Shown here piece by piece: positions 47,836 through 58,738 of a DNA stretch of 64,000 bases. Positions within the stretch are counted from its first letter, which is position 1, and each line of letters starts with the position of its first letter. A program made the translations under genes and the position numbers. The stretch is from assembly GCA_049968255.1 (NCBI GenBank), contig JBMFRB010000008.1, positions 60,279 to 124,278 on the forward strand. The letters are read 5' to 3'. The notes under the pieces are model-generated. The model was given only the letters and a program-made list of their open reading frames with translations. It did no database searches and was not told the DNA's origin. Source of the stretch: Candidatus Sumerlaeaceae bacterium (GTDB lineage Bacteria; Sumerlaeota; Sumerlaeia; Sumerlaeales; Sumerlaeaceae).

Positions 47836-50505
47836 ATGTACGGCCCGCGTCGAGCTCTGCGATGGAAGCTGTTCAGAATTGAGCCCCATGTGCCCTGGGG
47901 GCGTGTGTGCGGTCCCAGTCTCATGTGTTTGGCGTTCGCGTTGGTGACGATTGTTTCTTCGGCGCGCCCTGCTCAGGCACAGGTCAGAGACGGCGTTCAG
48001 CGAGCGCGGCGCGAACAGCGGATCGAACGCCGACGCATGCAACCAGTCATCGTGACCACTCCCAATGCGCGCCAGGCGCGTCCGGCTTCCCCGCCGGCAC
48101 TGAGGCCCGAAGATGGACTGACGTCCGGCGTGCTTTTGCCCAATCAGTGGCGGCTCACTCCCGTGGGTGCCACATTGGATTTGGGAGATCTCCCTCTCTC
48201 GCTGGTGGTGGATCCACAAGGTCGCCGCGCTGCAATTCTTCATGCGGGTTTTGGCGATCACGAAGTGCGGCTCATCGATCTCAATGAGCGCAAGCTACTG
48301 AGTCGTGCCCAGATCCCCAACGCATGGGTGGGTGCTGCTTTCGATGCAGCCGGCGAAAAGCTTTACGTCAGCGGCGGCGCCGATGATCTCTTCTACGTCT
48401 TCCCCGTGCATGAAGCAGGGCTGGACGAGCCCACAACTGTGCCGCTTCGCGCTGATGTCAAGACCACGCGTGCCCTCGAAAAACCTTGGTACGTGAGCGG
48501 CATCGCGGTGGATCGCCGCAGTGGGAAAGTTTATCTGGCCTGTCAAAATCGTGCAGTCCTATTCGTGTGGGATCCGGCCCGCCCGCAGCTACTCCCCCAG
48601 AAGGTTGTGCAATTCGAAGGGCCACATCCGGCACCTTACAAAGTCGTGCTTCATCCACGGCGGCCTCTGGCTTACGTGTCGTTGTGGGGAGGCAAGGCCG
48701 TGGCCGTGGTCGATTTGCGCGCGCGCACAGTTCGGCGAATTCCTACACATTCGCATCCGAACGAGCTTGTGATGGCGCCAGATGCTACTCGATTGTTTGT
48801 GGCGTGTGCGAACACGAATTACACGGATGTGATCGACCTTGCGAGCGAGAAGGTGACGGAGCAGCTCGATTGCGCTAGTTACCCGGGTATGCCGGCAGGC
48901 GCCACGCCCAACGGCTTGGCATTGAGCAACGACGGGCGCACACTTGTCGTCGCAAATGCTGACACAAATCACCTAGCGGTGTTCGATGTGTCGGTGCACG
49001 GCGCAGCGCGCTCGCTCGGGATGATTCCCACGGGGTGGTATCCGACGGCCGTGGGCTTTGGCGCGCGCAACGAAATCCTCGTGGTCAATGGCAAGGGCGC
49101 GGGAAGCTGTCCGAACGTCGGCGGCCCCCATCCCTACGATCCAAACGCCGAAACAAAAGGCAAGAAATACATCGCGGGGCTTTTCAAAGGAACGTTGTCC
49201 TTTGTGAGTTGGCCAAGCACGGCGCAAATGGCGCGCTATAGTGCGCAGGTGCTGGCCAACTCGCCACTGCGGCCGGATCTTCTGCCGCCCCCTCGCGAGG
49301 CGAGCAATCCAGTTCCTTGGCGGGTTGGCGACCCCAGCCCCATCCGATACTGCGTCTATATCATCAAGGAGAACCGAACGTATGACCAAGTGCTCGGCGA
49401 TATGCCTGAGGGCAACGGCGATCCATCGTTGTGTTTGTTCGACGAGAAGGTGACGCCCAATCACCACGCACTGGCGCGCGAGTTTGTGCTGTTCGACAAT
49501 TTTTACACCGAAGCCGAAGTGAGCGCGGACGGCCATGAGTGGTCCACCGGAGCCTACGCAACCGATTTTGTGGAGAAGACGTGGCCGTCGGTCTATGGTG
49601 GTCACGGGAAATTGACCTATCCGGCCGAGGGACATCATCCCCTCGGGCGCCCCGATGCGGGTCACATCTGGAACCGCGCACACGAAGCGGGCATAAGTTA
49701 TTACAGCTACGGCGAATGGGTAAATGGTGGCGGGCGTAACTGCAACGGCACGACAAAGGATCCAGCGCTACGTGGGCACTTTGACCCATGCTACAGCGGA
49801 TTCGACATGAACGTGAGCGATCTCGAGCGAGCAGATCGTTTCATTCAGGAAGTAGGACGCTACGAGCGGGAAGGTCGTTTTCCTCGGCTTGTGATTATCC
49901 GCTTACCAAATGATCACACGGCTGGAACGCGCGCCGGAAAGCCCACACCTCGCGCCTACGTGGCGGAAAACGACCTGGCGCTCGGACGCATCGTCGAGCG
50001 CTTGTCGCATTCAAAATTCTGGAAAGAGATGGCGATTTTCGTCGTCGAAGATGACGCGCAGAACGGACCGGACCACGTCGATGCGCATCGCACGGTGGCG
50101 TTTGTTCTCGGTCCCTTTGTCAAGCGCCACTACGTCTGCCACACAATGTTCTCGACGGCGAGTCTGCTGCGCACCATGGAGCTTGTGCTCGGTTTGCAGC
50201 CAATGAGCCAGTTTGATGCAGCTGCACGCCCGCTTTACGAAGTCTTTACCGACAAGCCTGATTTTACGCCCTATAAGGCTTTGCCGGCGACCTGGCCACT
50301 GGATGAGAAAAACGACTCGAATGCGCCAATGCAGCGCGAGAGCACCGCGCTAAAGCTCGATCGGGAGGATTGCAACCCGGACGTAACCTTTAGCGAGATA
50401 ATTTGGAAAAGTGTTCGCGGTGCGCAAAGCCAGATGCCCCCGCCAGTACGAGCAGCGTTCGTGCGGCCAGTGCCGAAAGTGCAGGGTGACGACGAGAGCG
50501 ACTGA
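47836..50505 (+). CDS. YncE-type beta-propeller fused to alkaline-phosphatase-superfamily phosphoesterase
   Basis: LPNQWRLTPVG, IPTGWYP, YIIKENRTYDQVLGD, SADGHEW, LPNDHT, EDDAQNGPDHVDAHR; GAGGAG upstream of 47836. Confidence 0.88.
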   Translation: MYGPRRALRWKLFRIEPHVPWGRVCGPSLMCLAFALVTIVSSARPAQAQVRDGVQRARREQRIERRRMQPVIVTTPNARQARPASPPALRPEDGLTSGVLLPNQWRLTPVGATLDLGDLPLSLVVDPQGRRAAILHAGFGDHEVRLIDLNERKLLSRAQIPNAWVGAAFDAAGEKLYVSGGADDLFYVFPVHEAGLDEPTTVPLRADVKTTRALEKPWYVSGIAVDRRSGKVYLACQNRAVLFVWDPARPQLLPQKVVQFEGPHPAPYKVVLHPRRPLAYVSLWGGKAVAVVDLRARTVRRIPTHSHPNELVMAPDATRLFVACANTNYTDVIDLASEKVTEQLDCASYPGMPAGATPNGLALSNDGRTLVVANADTNHLAVFDVSVHGAARSLGMIPTGWYPTAVGFGARNEILVVNGKGAGSCPNVGGPHPYDPNAETKGKKYIAGLFKGTLSFVSWPSTAQMARYSAQVLANSPLRPDLLPPPREASNPVPWRVGDPSPIRYCVYIIKENRTYDQVLGDMPEGNGDPSLCLFDEKVTPNHHALAREFVLFDNFYTEAEVSADGHEWSTGAYATDFVEKTWPSVYGGHGKLTYPAEGHHPLGRPDAGHIWNRAHEAGISYYSYGEWVNGGGRNCNGTTKDPALRGHFDPCYSGFDMNVSDLERADRFIQEVGRYEREGRFPRLVIIRLPNDHTAGTRAGKPTPRAYVAENDLALGRIVERLSHSKFWKEMAIFVVEDDAQNGPDHVDAHRTVAFVLGPFVKRHYVCHTMFSTASLLRTMELVLGLQPMSQFDAAARPLYEVFTDKPDFTPYKALPATWPLDEKNDSNAPMQRESTALKLDREDCNPDVTFSEIIWKSVRGAQSQMPPPVRAAFVRPVPKVQGDDESD

Positions 50506-50800
50506 CGCAGGGTGCCGGACAGCATGACGAGAAACGAACTTCTTGTGAGCCAAACGAAGGAGAAGAGTCAGGGTTTTCACACCTCAGCCAGATTCGCGAG
50601 AAAATGCACCCAAGCAAAGTCCCAGCTTACGGGATATGCCTGCCGCAAGCTCCGCGTTGCTGGAAACCCAGTGGGCCCCAGGGATAGCGGCCTGCGGGGG
50701 GCTCGTCCAGCATGCTGGGAAACCCAGGCGAAAATCGCTTGAAGCATCCCGGAAACCGCCTTCTTTTTGTTATCTCATTATATTTCAGGGACACAGTGTG

Positions 50801-51337
50801 ATGCCGCACGAACAGGCAGAACAAACCGTCTGGCTTGCAGCGACCCTTACGGTCAGCACGCGGTGTGCCGCAGGCACGCAAGAGGACCGCAGCGGTAAGC
50901 TGCTGGGCGAGCTCGTGCGCGGCGCCGGAGGCCAACTGGTGGAACATCGCGTTCTGCCCGATGATCGCACCCAGATCGAACATGCGCTACGCGAGCTAGC
51001 CACTCGGGTCGATGTGATACTCACCACCGGCGGAACCGGAATTTCACCGCACGACGTGACACCGGAGGCGACTTTGGCGGTGATCGAACGCCGCCTGTCA
51101 GGCGTGGAAGCAGCCCTGCACCTCGCGGGGTGCGAGCAAGTTCCGACGGCGATCCTTTCGCGTGGGGTGGCCGGCGTGGCGGGCCGCTGCCTCATTGTGA
51201 ACCTGCCCGGCAGTTCGGGCGGGGTGCGCGATGGGATGGCGGTGCTTTCTCCGGTGCTTGCCCACGCCGTGCGGCTTATCCGCGGCGAAGTAAAGGACTG
51301 CCAAGCAGAGCTTGGCCAGGGCCAGCCTGAGCGCTAA
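50801..51337 (+). CDS. Molybdenum cofactor synthesis protein MoaB/Mog
   Basis: TVSTR, DRSG, LTTGGTGISPHDVTPEAT, AILSR, NLPGS. Confidence 0.92.
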   Translation: MPHEQAEQTVWLAATLTVSTRCAAGTQEDRSGKLLGELVRGAGGQLVEHRVLPDDRTQIEHALRELATRVDVILTTGGTGISPHDVTPEATLAVIERRLSGVEAALHLAGCEQVPTAILSRGVAGVAGRCLIVNLPGSSGGVRDGMAVLSPVLAHAVRLIRGEVKDCQAELGQGQPER

Positions 51338-53334
51338 TCCGTGCGGCCGATCTCGATGAGGCTTCGATCCGACGTGATGTAGAGTTCCTCGCGTCCGTCG
51401 CCATTGAAGTCGCCCGAGGTCATCGCCTCGGCGATAGCTCCGCCGGCCAGCATCGCTTGAAGGCGCTCCAGTGCCAGTTGTCCATCCCATACGATGCGGC
51501 CCTGTGCGTCGACTTCGCGTAAGGCTCCGGTCGGAGTGATCGCAACGAAATGTTGTTCGGGAGGCTGCGTGCCTGTGTCGTGGATCGAGGTAAAATCTCC
51601 GCCCAACCGCTCGAGCCGCGGCGCTACATAGGTTGTCCACATAGTTTCAGCATTGGGTGCTAATCCCCGTAGGGCCAGCTCGTTGCCTTCGCGGCTAATC
51701 GCTCCCACGAGGAGCAATCCTGTAGCTGCATCGCAAGGCTCGGCTCCTAACAGAGGGTCGGAAGGAAGCAACTTCTCGACGGGCCGGCCCGCCACATTGT
51801 ACAGCCACAGTTCCGGCTTTTGAATCGTGAGCCCAACGAGAACGCGCCCGAAATCCGGATGCTGACCAAGAAGAAGCTGCGTGATATTGTGCTGTCGCCG
51901 GATGGAAAAAGCTGTGCTCCCATCAGCCTCAAGGCGTGCCAGTCCGCTTTCGAGTCCCAACCACAGCCGGGGGGGTGAGCTTTCATCGTCGCCAAGCACA
52001 CACCAGAGGCGCGAGGGCAGCGAACGGCTCCACAGTGTGCGTCCCTCAGCTTCAATGGCTTGAAGCCTTACTCCGCCGCTCCGCGCAAGCAGCAAAAGTG
52101 TCCTGTCGGCAGTTCTCCAGGGCACAGCGATGTCCGGATAAAAATCGAGCTGTGCGGGGATGATCTCCAACCCGCTGCAATCGAGGCGCCATAGTTTGCC
52201 GTCCGCCGTGGCAATAACAAGCATCCGCGCTCGGCCCGTGGAAATCCCTGCAATGTGGGCGTCGAAGCGCCAGGTACGTTTCACCTGCCAACGGTACGCA
52301 GGCGATTGCCTTTCCACCGACGCCGATGTTTTTTCGATCGCTGATCCTGCAGCCGCTCTCAGGAGGCGCTGCAGAAAAGACTTTGCTTCGCCCGAGCTGG
52401 GCGGCCGTTTTTCATCTCCGAGCTTGGCTTCGCTGAGGCCGACAGGCGGCGTGGCATCGAAGCGTAATCCCTTGGGCAACGGCCCCGTCGAAATGTTATC
52501 CAGCACCGTGACCCACATTTCGCCCGACGCAGCTGATGAGAGCGACCACGAAGGCGTACCTTGCTCTGTTTGGGCCCGCACCACGCTGAGCTTGCGCACG
52601 AGACCGGTTTCGCAGTCAATCCACTGCGTCACGGCAAGATCCGGCGAACTCTGATGGAACCGAAGGCGGTGGCAGCACGAACTTCCAATGTTTTCCGTGC
52701 CCTCGTAAACATAGTCTGTCACGTGCGAGTGCATCCAAGCCCCAGGGTTGCGGCTTACGAGCAGCGGCGCGACAATCGACGCGTTGAGACAGCCCGAGGC
52801 ATCCTCGTAAAGATCGCCAGCAATCTCTTCGTCCACGAAAGCCGCGAGTGGCGGTTGTACCAAAGTTAGGTAGACTAGGTTCTCTGGTGCCCCCCCGAAA
52901 AGCCCCATTTGCTTGTCCCACACCATGAGCACCTTTTCGCCATCAGCAACAAACCGCGCGGTGGGGCGCCCAGACGGATCGCTGAGCAGGACACGTAGCC
53001 GGTTGGGTCGCGCGTAGGCGACCTCGATACGTTGCTCCCGTAAAATACGCCGCGAAGCATCGAGCTTGATCTCGCTAAAATGACGACCTGCAGCGTAAAG
53101 TTGAGAGATCTCAGCATATGCAGCAAGGCTGCGTGCGAGGATGTGCTCTACGCCATGGGACGTGCGAACGTCGTCCACGGTGTTGCCCACGCGGAAATCG
53201 CCGCACGTCGCCTCACAGGGTGCCGTCGTTGTGTCGGGCGCAGCTGCAGCAATCCCCAGCAACGACGCAAAAACAGGCATAAGCAGGAAAACAAGAACGG
53301 CCGTAGCAAACCGCCGCACGAGCTTGGTTATCAT
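51334..53334 (-). CDS. Exported protein: LolA/DUF2092-like domain plus beta-propeller-like C-terminus with FG-GAP-like motif
   Basis: Signal peptide; YARPNRLRV, FVADG, WID.ETGLVRK, F..TPP; C-terminal GDFNGDGREEL. Confidence 0.55.
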   Translation of the reverse strand: MITKLVRRFATAVLVFLLMPVFASLLGIAAAAPDTTTAPCEATCGDFRVGNTVDDVRTSHGVEHILARSLAAYAEISQLYAAGRHFSEIKLDASRRILREQRIEVAYARPNRLRVLLSDPSGRPTARFVADGEKVLMVWDKQMGLFGGAPENLVYLTLVQPPLAAFVDEEIAGDLYEDASGCLNASIVAPLLVSRNPGAWMHSHVTDYVYEGTENIGSSCCHRLRFHQSSPDLAVTQWIDCETGLVRKLSVVRAQTEQGTPSWSLSSAASGEMWVTVLDNISTGPLPKGLRFDATPPVGLSEAKLGDEKRPPSSGEAKSFLQRLLRAAAGSAIEKTSASVERQSPAYRWQVKRTWRFDAHIAGISTGRARMLVIATADGKLWRLDCSGLEIIPAQLDFYPDIAVPWRTADRTLLLLARSGGVRLQAIEAEGRTLWSRSLPSRLWCVLGDDESSPPRLWLGLESGLARLEADGSTAFSIRRQHNITQLLLGQHPDFGRVLVGLTIQKPELWLYNVAGRPVEKLLPSDPLLGAEPCDAATGLLLVGAISREGNELALRGLAPNAETMWTTYVAPRLERLGGDFTSIHDTGTQPPEQHFVAITPTGALREVDAQGRIVWDGQLALERLQAMLAGGAIAEAMTSGDFNGDGREELYITSDRSLIEIGRTD

Positions 53335-53341
53335 AGGGACC

Positions 53342-55066
53342 TCATTCGTCTCGCTGTTTGTACACACACTCTCCCGCGAAGTACGTCTGAGCTACGGAAA
53401 GATTGCGAAGATCTGTGGGCGCCACATGCCATGGATCCTCGTCGAGCACAACAAAGTCTGCGTACTTACCTGGCTGAAGCGTTCCCATGAGGAGATGTTT
53501 ACCTGCGGCCTGAGCTGAGCCGACTGTGTAAGCCGCGAGCGCCTGCTCGAGCGGAAGTCGCTCCTCCGGATACCATCCGTACGGCGGCTGACCTTCGAGG
53601 TCTTGGCGTGTGACCGCAGCATAAACACCAAACCACGGATTGATTGGCTCAACGGGAGCGTCGGTGCCAAAAGCCAGCGGACAACCTGCCTCGACGAGCG
53701 TACGAAATGCATAGGCATAGCGCGCGCGTCTGCCCCAGTGCTTATCCGCAGGGCGCCAGTCGGCGCACAGATGGACCGGCTGGACCGAGGCCACAGGCCG
53801 AAGAGACCTCAGCAAATCCAGATCATGCGGCGCGACGAGCTGCAAATGCTCGATGCGGTTGCGCACCAGCGGTCGAGTGTCCGCGGCGCCTGGGCAGCCA
53901 GTTTCTCCCGCTGCCATATGGAACGCGCGGAGCACATAAGCCACAGCGCGGTCGCCGATGGCATGGGCCGCCACGGGCAAGCCCGCTCGGTTTGCGCGGA
54001 TTGTTACTTGCGCAATCTCCTCCATCGAGCGAACCGACGTGCCGCAATTTTCCGGCTCGCCCTCGTAAGGCTCGTGCATCAGCGCAGTGCGCGCGCCAAG
54101 CGATCCATCCGCAAAAATCTTTACCCCAGCTACAAAGAGCAAATCGTCGCCAACGCCCCAGCGCAGCCGCATGTTTATTGCCGCATCGAGCTCCGCCGCA
54201 GGAATAAGAAACGCAACACGCAGGCGCAAAAGCCCCGCTCCGCGCATTTGCGCGTAGAAGTCCCACGTGTCCAGGTCCTCTGGTGTATGAAGCGCTGTCA
54301 TGCCCAGCGCATGAGCTTTGAGCTGGCCGCGGATAAACGCGTGGCGCTTCGTTGCCCCCGACGGCGGCGGAATGCTACGTTCGACGAGCAACACAGCATC
54401 TTCCTTGAGAATGCCCGTGAGCTGGGGCGAGTCTGGACGTCCGGTTTTGCAAATTTCGCCGCCAGGCGGATTCGGCGTGTGTGCGTCTATGCCCACGAGC
54501 TTCAGCGCCTGCGAGTTGAGCCACGCCAGGTGCCCACATTTCGAAGTGAGGTAAACGGGATTGTGGGGGAATGCCGCATCGAGCAGTTCCTTGGTGGGAA
54601 GCTCGGCGTCGGGCCAAAAGTTGTGCGACCAACCATGACCCAAAATCCACTCACCCCGCGCCACGCTTCCCACTTCGCGCGTGAGGAGGGCTACGGCTTC
54701 CTCCGCACTTCGCGCTGGCGAAAGGTCGGGGCGCGCCGCTGTGAGAGCCCACCAGAGAAAATGCACATGGGCATCGGCAAACGATGGCAAAACCGTGCGC
54801 CCTTCAAGATCAATGAACTCAATCTCTTTGTCGTAGAGCATGCGTTGGTGGCGAAAGCCACTCTCGCGGAAATCCAAGCCCAAGGGGGCACGCCGGTCTG
54901 AGCAGAACCATATTTTCTCGCCTGCTACGAGCATATGGGGCGCTAGCGGATGCGCGGCGTTCAACGTCCGGATGTTTCCGTTGAAAAAATATTTCAGTGG
55001 CAACGTGGATGGTTTGCCCGCATCCTCGCCAGGCAAGATCCGACTCAAAGGATATGCGCCACTCAT
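53342..55066 (-). CDS. Amidohydrolase (YtcJ / amidohydrolase-3 type)
   Basis: DLEGRTVLPSFADAHVH, KIFADGSLGARTA, HAIGDRA, RIEH, FGTDAPV, GKYADFVVL. ORF extension to 55516 overlaps the divergent GT2 gene. Confidence 0.92.
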   Translation of the reverse strand: MSGAYPLSRILPGEDAGKPSTLPLKYFFNGNIRTLNAAHPLAPHMLVAGEKIWFCSDRRAPLGLDFRESGFRHQRMLYDKEIEFIDLEGRTVLPSFADAHVHFLWWALTAARPDLSPARSAEEAVALLTREVGSVARGEWILGHGWSHNFWPDAELPTKELLDAAFPHNPVYLTSKCGHLAWLNSQALKLVGIDAHTPNPPGGEICKTGRPDSPQLTGILKEDAVLLVERSIPPPSGATKRHAFIRGQLKAHALGMTALHTPEDLDTWDFYAQMRGAGLLRLRVAFLIPAAELDAAINMRLRWGVGDDLLFVAGVKIFADGSLGARTALMHEPYEGEPENCGTSVRSMEEIAQVTIRANRAGLPVAAHAIGDRAVAYVLRAFHMAAGETGCPGAADTRPLVRNRIEHLQLVAPHDLDLLRSLRPVASVQPVHLCADWRPADKHWGRRARYAYAFRTLVEAGCPLAFGTDAPVEPINPWFGVYAAVTRQDLEGQPPYGWYPEERLPLEQALAAYTVGSAQAAGKHLLMGTLQPGKYADFVVLDEDPWHVAPTDLRNLSVAQTYFAGECVYKQRDE

Positions 55067-55144
55067 ACCGTTAGCTTTGAGGTTGTCGGACAAGAAAAGC
55101 AAGGCCGAAAGGTGAAGATTGACCGCAACACTCCTTTGTTGGCA

Positions 55145-56059
55145 ATGGATCGCTTGATGACAAATGAAACTTACAGGCAGGACGAAACGCCTGATGTTTC
55201 CATCGTTCTGCCGGCCTACAATGAAGAGAATGCAATCACTGGCGTCATCGACGCTATCCGTGCCGCGATGTCGCCAACGCCCTACAGATATGAGATCCTC
55301 GTGGTGGACGACTGCAGCACGGATGCTACGGCCGAGCGGGCAGCCGAAAAAGGTGTGCGCGTAGTTCGGCACCCCGTGAACCGTGGCAGCGGCGCCGCGC
55401 GCCGGACCGGCATTCTCGAAGCCCGCGGGGAAATTGTCGTCATGCTCGATGCCGATGGCAGCTACGATGCCGCCTCGATACCCCGCCTGCTCGAATACTT
55501 CCCCGAATATGATCAAGTGAACGGTGCCCGCACAAGCGAGCAGGGCACCTACAAACAGCTTCGGCGAGCCGCTAAAGCACTGATCCGGTGGCTAGCCATT
55601 TATCTCTCGGGCACGAAAATTCCCGACCTCAACACTGGTCTAAAAGCATTTAAACGCCCGATCATGTTGAACTACCTGTGGGTACTGCCCGACGGCTTTT
55701 CGTGCGTCACAAGCATGACGCTGGCCTTTCTCACCAACGGTTACCGTGTCCACTACATTCCAACACCTTATTATCCGCGGATCGGCAAATCCAAGTTTCA
55801 TCCTCTGGCGGACACGGCCGCTTACCTTGCCACGGTCGTGCGCCTTTGCACGTACTTTCGGCCTTTACGTGTCTATGGCCCACTCAGCCTGGTTTTCACG
55901 GCGGTGGGGCTTGCAAAAAGCATCTACGATGTCTTGCTGCGAGCCGAGAAACACTCGCTGGAAGAATCGGACATCATCCTTGTCACCGCTGGCGTCCTTT
56001 TGGCAGCCATCGGACTGCTGGCGGATCTTATCGTGGCTCAACGACGTGGAGGACGCTGA
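55145..56059 (+). CDS. Polyprenol-phosphate glycosyltransferase (GT2, DPM1-like)
   Basis: SIVLPAYNEE, VVDDCSTD, NRGSGAA, LDADGS, DLNTGLKAF, two C-terminal TMs. Confidence 0.92.
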   Translation: MDRLMTNETYRQDETPDVSIVLPAYNEENAITGVIDAIRAAMSPTPYRYEILVVDDCSTDATAERAAEKGVRVVRHPVNRGSGAARRTGILEARGEIVVMLDADGSYDAASIPRLLEYFPEYDQVNGARTSEQGTYKQLRRAAKALIRWLAIYLSGTKIPDLNTGLKAFKRPIMLNYLWVLPDGFSCVTSMTLAFLTNGYRVHYIPTPYYPRIGKSKFHPLADTAAYLATVVRLCTYFRPLRVYGPLSLVFTAVGLAKSIYDVLLRAEKHSLEESDIILVTAGVLLAAIGLLADLIVAQRRGGR

Positions 56060-57720
56060 TGAATCATGAGCTCGAAGCGTTGCGGCGGCGCTACACCGAC
56101 GAGGCGTTGCTCTACCTGCCGCGCCTTTTTCAGATGGTCGATCGTAATCTCTACAGCCCAACGTATGGCAGTTTTGACCGCTCGTACTGGCATTATCGCA
56201 CCATGGACTTCCCTTGCGGGATGTATCAGGAATTCACCCTCCCCCTCGCTCTTGCTTACAAATATCCTTTCCCTGACAACCAGTTCCACGGGCTCGAACG
56301 CGTGAAGGAGCTGGCGGTGGCCGGCGTGGATTTCGCCCGCCGCTCTTCGCATCCCGATGGCACCTGCGACGATTATTTCCCCTATGAGCGCGCGCTCGGC
56401 GCCTTAGTATTTTCCCTCTATGCGTGCACCGAAACATGTCTGCTTCTCGACGACAAGCGCGCAGAGTTTCTCGAATTTTTCGCGCGGCGCGGCCGGTGGC
56501 TCGAAACGCACAACGAAACCGGACAGCTGACGAACCATCAGGCACTGGCCGCATTAGCTTTATATAATGTTTATTTGCTTACGGGAGAGCTGCGTTTCCG
56601 GAAAGCTTCGGACAAATTTGTGAAAATCGTGCGCGACTGGCAGTCCGACGAAGGATGGTTCCAAGAGTACGAAGGCGCCGACCCAGGCTACCACACGTGC
56701 ACCATCGCGTTCCTTGCCAAACTGTGGAAGAAAAGCCAAGATGAGCAACTCCTGAGTTTGCTGAACCCCGCCGTGGACTTTGCCTGGTACTTCATGCATC
56801 CTGATGGGAGCTACGCCGGCGAATACGGGAGCCGCAACACCTACCATTTCTATCCACACGGCTTTGAAGTCATGGCTCCTATGAACCCGCGCGCCGCTCA
56901 GATCGCTGACCAATTCCTGCTCAAGGCATTGCCGAAACGCACGCGCTACTACAACGACGACGACCGCATGTGCTCGCACTACCTTTATGACTGGATGCAT
57001 GCGTACCTTGATTTTTCGCCCGTGCGCAGCAGCGAACCGCTCAATGCACGCCTGCCGTTTCAGAAGTACTTCGAAAAAGCACGGCTTTACATCGAAAACA
57101 CCCCACGCTATTACGCAGTGCTGAGCCTCGCCAAGGGGGGCGTACTGAAGGTCACCACGGAGAATGGCCCTGTTTACAGCGACACCGGTTTTATTGGGCG
57201 CACCACGGACGGAAAGGTGCTCGTCTCGCATATTGTGGACGATTACGCCATTGCGGTGGATCCGCTGCGTCATCGGTTCCGCGCGGCGGGACGCCTGTGT
57301 CGGCGGCGGGCAAAACTGCCAACTCCCTATACGCAAATTCTTTTCCGAATCATCAATCTCACTCTGGGGCGATTCGCACCAAATCTCCTGCGCTTCCTCC
57401 TGCAAAAGATCCTTATTGTGGGCAAACCGCGCACTGACTACATGTTCGAACGAGAATTCGAGTTTCTCCCCGACCGCATTCGTGTGCGCACCACAGTGCA
57501 ACGTCCACCCCAGGCCAAAGGCTTTGTGTCGTGCCACATCGCGAGCGACGCAACATCGATCTACGTGGCCAATTCCAACGTGTACCAACGCAGCGTGCTC
57601 CTGCCGTGGAGGGAGTTGCCCTCGTTGCAAAAGCTCGTCAACGAGAAAGGCCAGGGCGAGGAGTCCTTTGAAATCGTCATCGGGTCGCTCTCCTCGGCAG
57701 GCGCGGAGGAACCCACGTGA
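56059..57720 (+). CDS. Conserved hypothetical protein, probable alpha-helical barrel plus beta domain
   Basis: Translationally coupled (TGATG) to the GT2 gene; DRSYWHY, LTNH, EGWFQEYEGADPGY, HPDGSYAGEYGSRNT. Confidence 0.6.
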   Translation: MNHELEALRRRYTDEALLYLPRLFQMVDRNLYSPTYGSFDRSYWHYRTMDFPCGMYQEFTLPLALAYKYPFPDNQFHGLERVKELAVAGVDFARRSSHPDGTCDDYFPYERALGALVFSLYACTETCLLLDDKRAEFLEFFARRGRWLETHNETGQLTNHQALAALALYNVYLLTGELRFRKASDKFVKIVRDWQSDEGWFQEYEGADPGYHTCTIAFLAKLWKKSQDEQLLSLLNPAVDFAWYFMHPDGSYAGEYGSRNTYHFYPHGFEVMAPMNPRAAQIADQFLLKALPKRTRYYNDDDRMCSHYLYDWMHAYLDFSPVRSSEPLNARLPFQKYFEKARLYIENTPRYYAVLSLAKGGVLKVTTENGPVYSDTGFIGRTTDGKVLVSHIVDDYAIAVDPLRHRFRAAGRLCRRRAKLPTPYTQILFRIINLTLGRFAPNLLRFLLQKILIVGKPRTDYMFEREFEFLPDRIRVRTTVQRPPQAKGFVSCHIASDATSIYVANSNVYQRSVLLPWRELPSLQKLVNEKGQGEESFEIVIGSLSSAGAEEPT

Positions 57721-58727
57721 AACGCCTGATCTCTTTTGTTATCAGTGTGGCGCTTTTAGCGCTTCTTTTTTATCGTGTGGATCGTGTCCAGCTCGCTGCC
57801 TACCTCAAAGCAACTCACTGGGGGTGGTTCGCGCTGGCCATCGCTATGTTCGTCCCCCAGATAGGGCTGATAGCCTGGCGGTGGAGGCAGCTCGTGCGGT
57901 TATTCACTCACGTTTCGTGGAGCGAAGCCGTGCAGCAAATTCTGGCTAGCAATACGATGAACCTTATTCTGCCGTCAAAGCTCGGTGATCTGGCCAAAGG
58001 AGTGTTCCTCCATCGCATGGGACGCCTCGATCTCAGCCGGGCTATGAATGTGGTAATCTTCGAAAAGATGCTCGATGTCGCCACTCTTGCCGCCATTATG
58101 CTTGTGGGTGTCGGTGCTCTTTTTGTGCGCGGCAACATTTCGGGGATGCAGCGCCACGCCGCTCTTTTCGCATCGCTACTGGGAGTCTTTGCCGTCGCTG
58201 CGGTGGCGATGCTTTATTTTGTGCCGCTGGAGAAGGTGCCTGCCCTTGCGAAACTTATCGCCTGGCTAGCCACGAAACCAAAGCTCGCACGCGTCGAACG
58301 CTTTTTTCGTGCGGCACACGAAACGATAACTCTTCTTCAGAGCCGTGGCGCGCGCCGCGATAGGATTTGTGCGCTCTCCATCGCCATCTGGATCGCGCAT
58401 TTGGTGCAAATTTATTTTTTCTTCCTCGCGCTCAATGCGCGACCCTTGCCCCTTTTTCAGTTCGCAACGATGGTTCCCTTGGCGATCTTTATTGGCCTGA
58501 TCCCTTTGACGATTGCTGGTTTCGGCACACGCGACAATGCGCTTGTGGCGTTCTTCCCGCAATTTCCGCCAAGCCTCATGGTCGGGGTCGCCCTTTATGT
58601 GAATCTTCGCTACATTCTCCCAGCTCTCGCTGGCCTGCCCTTCCTTGGGCGCTATCTTGTTTATGCACGCAAGTTTTCGGCTGAAAAGGAACTGTCTCCA
58701 GAGATCCCCAACAAAACGTCGCTGTAA
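57717..58727 (+). CDS. Lysylphosphatidylglycerol-synthase-TM / UPF0104 flippase-like protein
   Basis: AWRWRQL, NLILPSKLGDLAK, EKMLD, IPLTIAGFGTRD. Confidence 0.88.
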   Translation: MKRLISFVISVALLALLFYRVDRVQLAAYLKATHWGWFALAIAMFVPQIGLIAWRWRQLVRLFTHVSWSEAVQQILASNTMNLILPSKLGDLAKGVFLHRMGRLDLSRAMNVVIFEKMLDVATLAAIMLVGVGALFVRGNISGMQRHAALFASLLGVFAVAAVAMLYFVPLEKVPALAKLIAWLATKPKLARVERFFRAAHETITLLQSRGARRDRICALSIAIWIAHLVQIYFFFLALNARPLPLFQFATMVPLAIFIGLIPLTIAGFGTRDNALVAFFPQFPPSLMVGVALYVNLRYILPALAGLPFLGRYLVYARKFSAEKELSPEIPNKTSL

Positions 58728-58738
58728 GAAATGGACCT

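Noticed and set aside
53603-54901. 432-aa plus-strand ORF
   Set aside because: Antisense shadow of the clearly conserved amidohydrolase; Arg-rich and motif-free.
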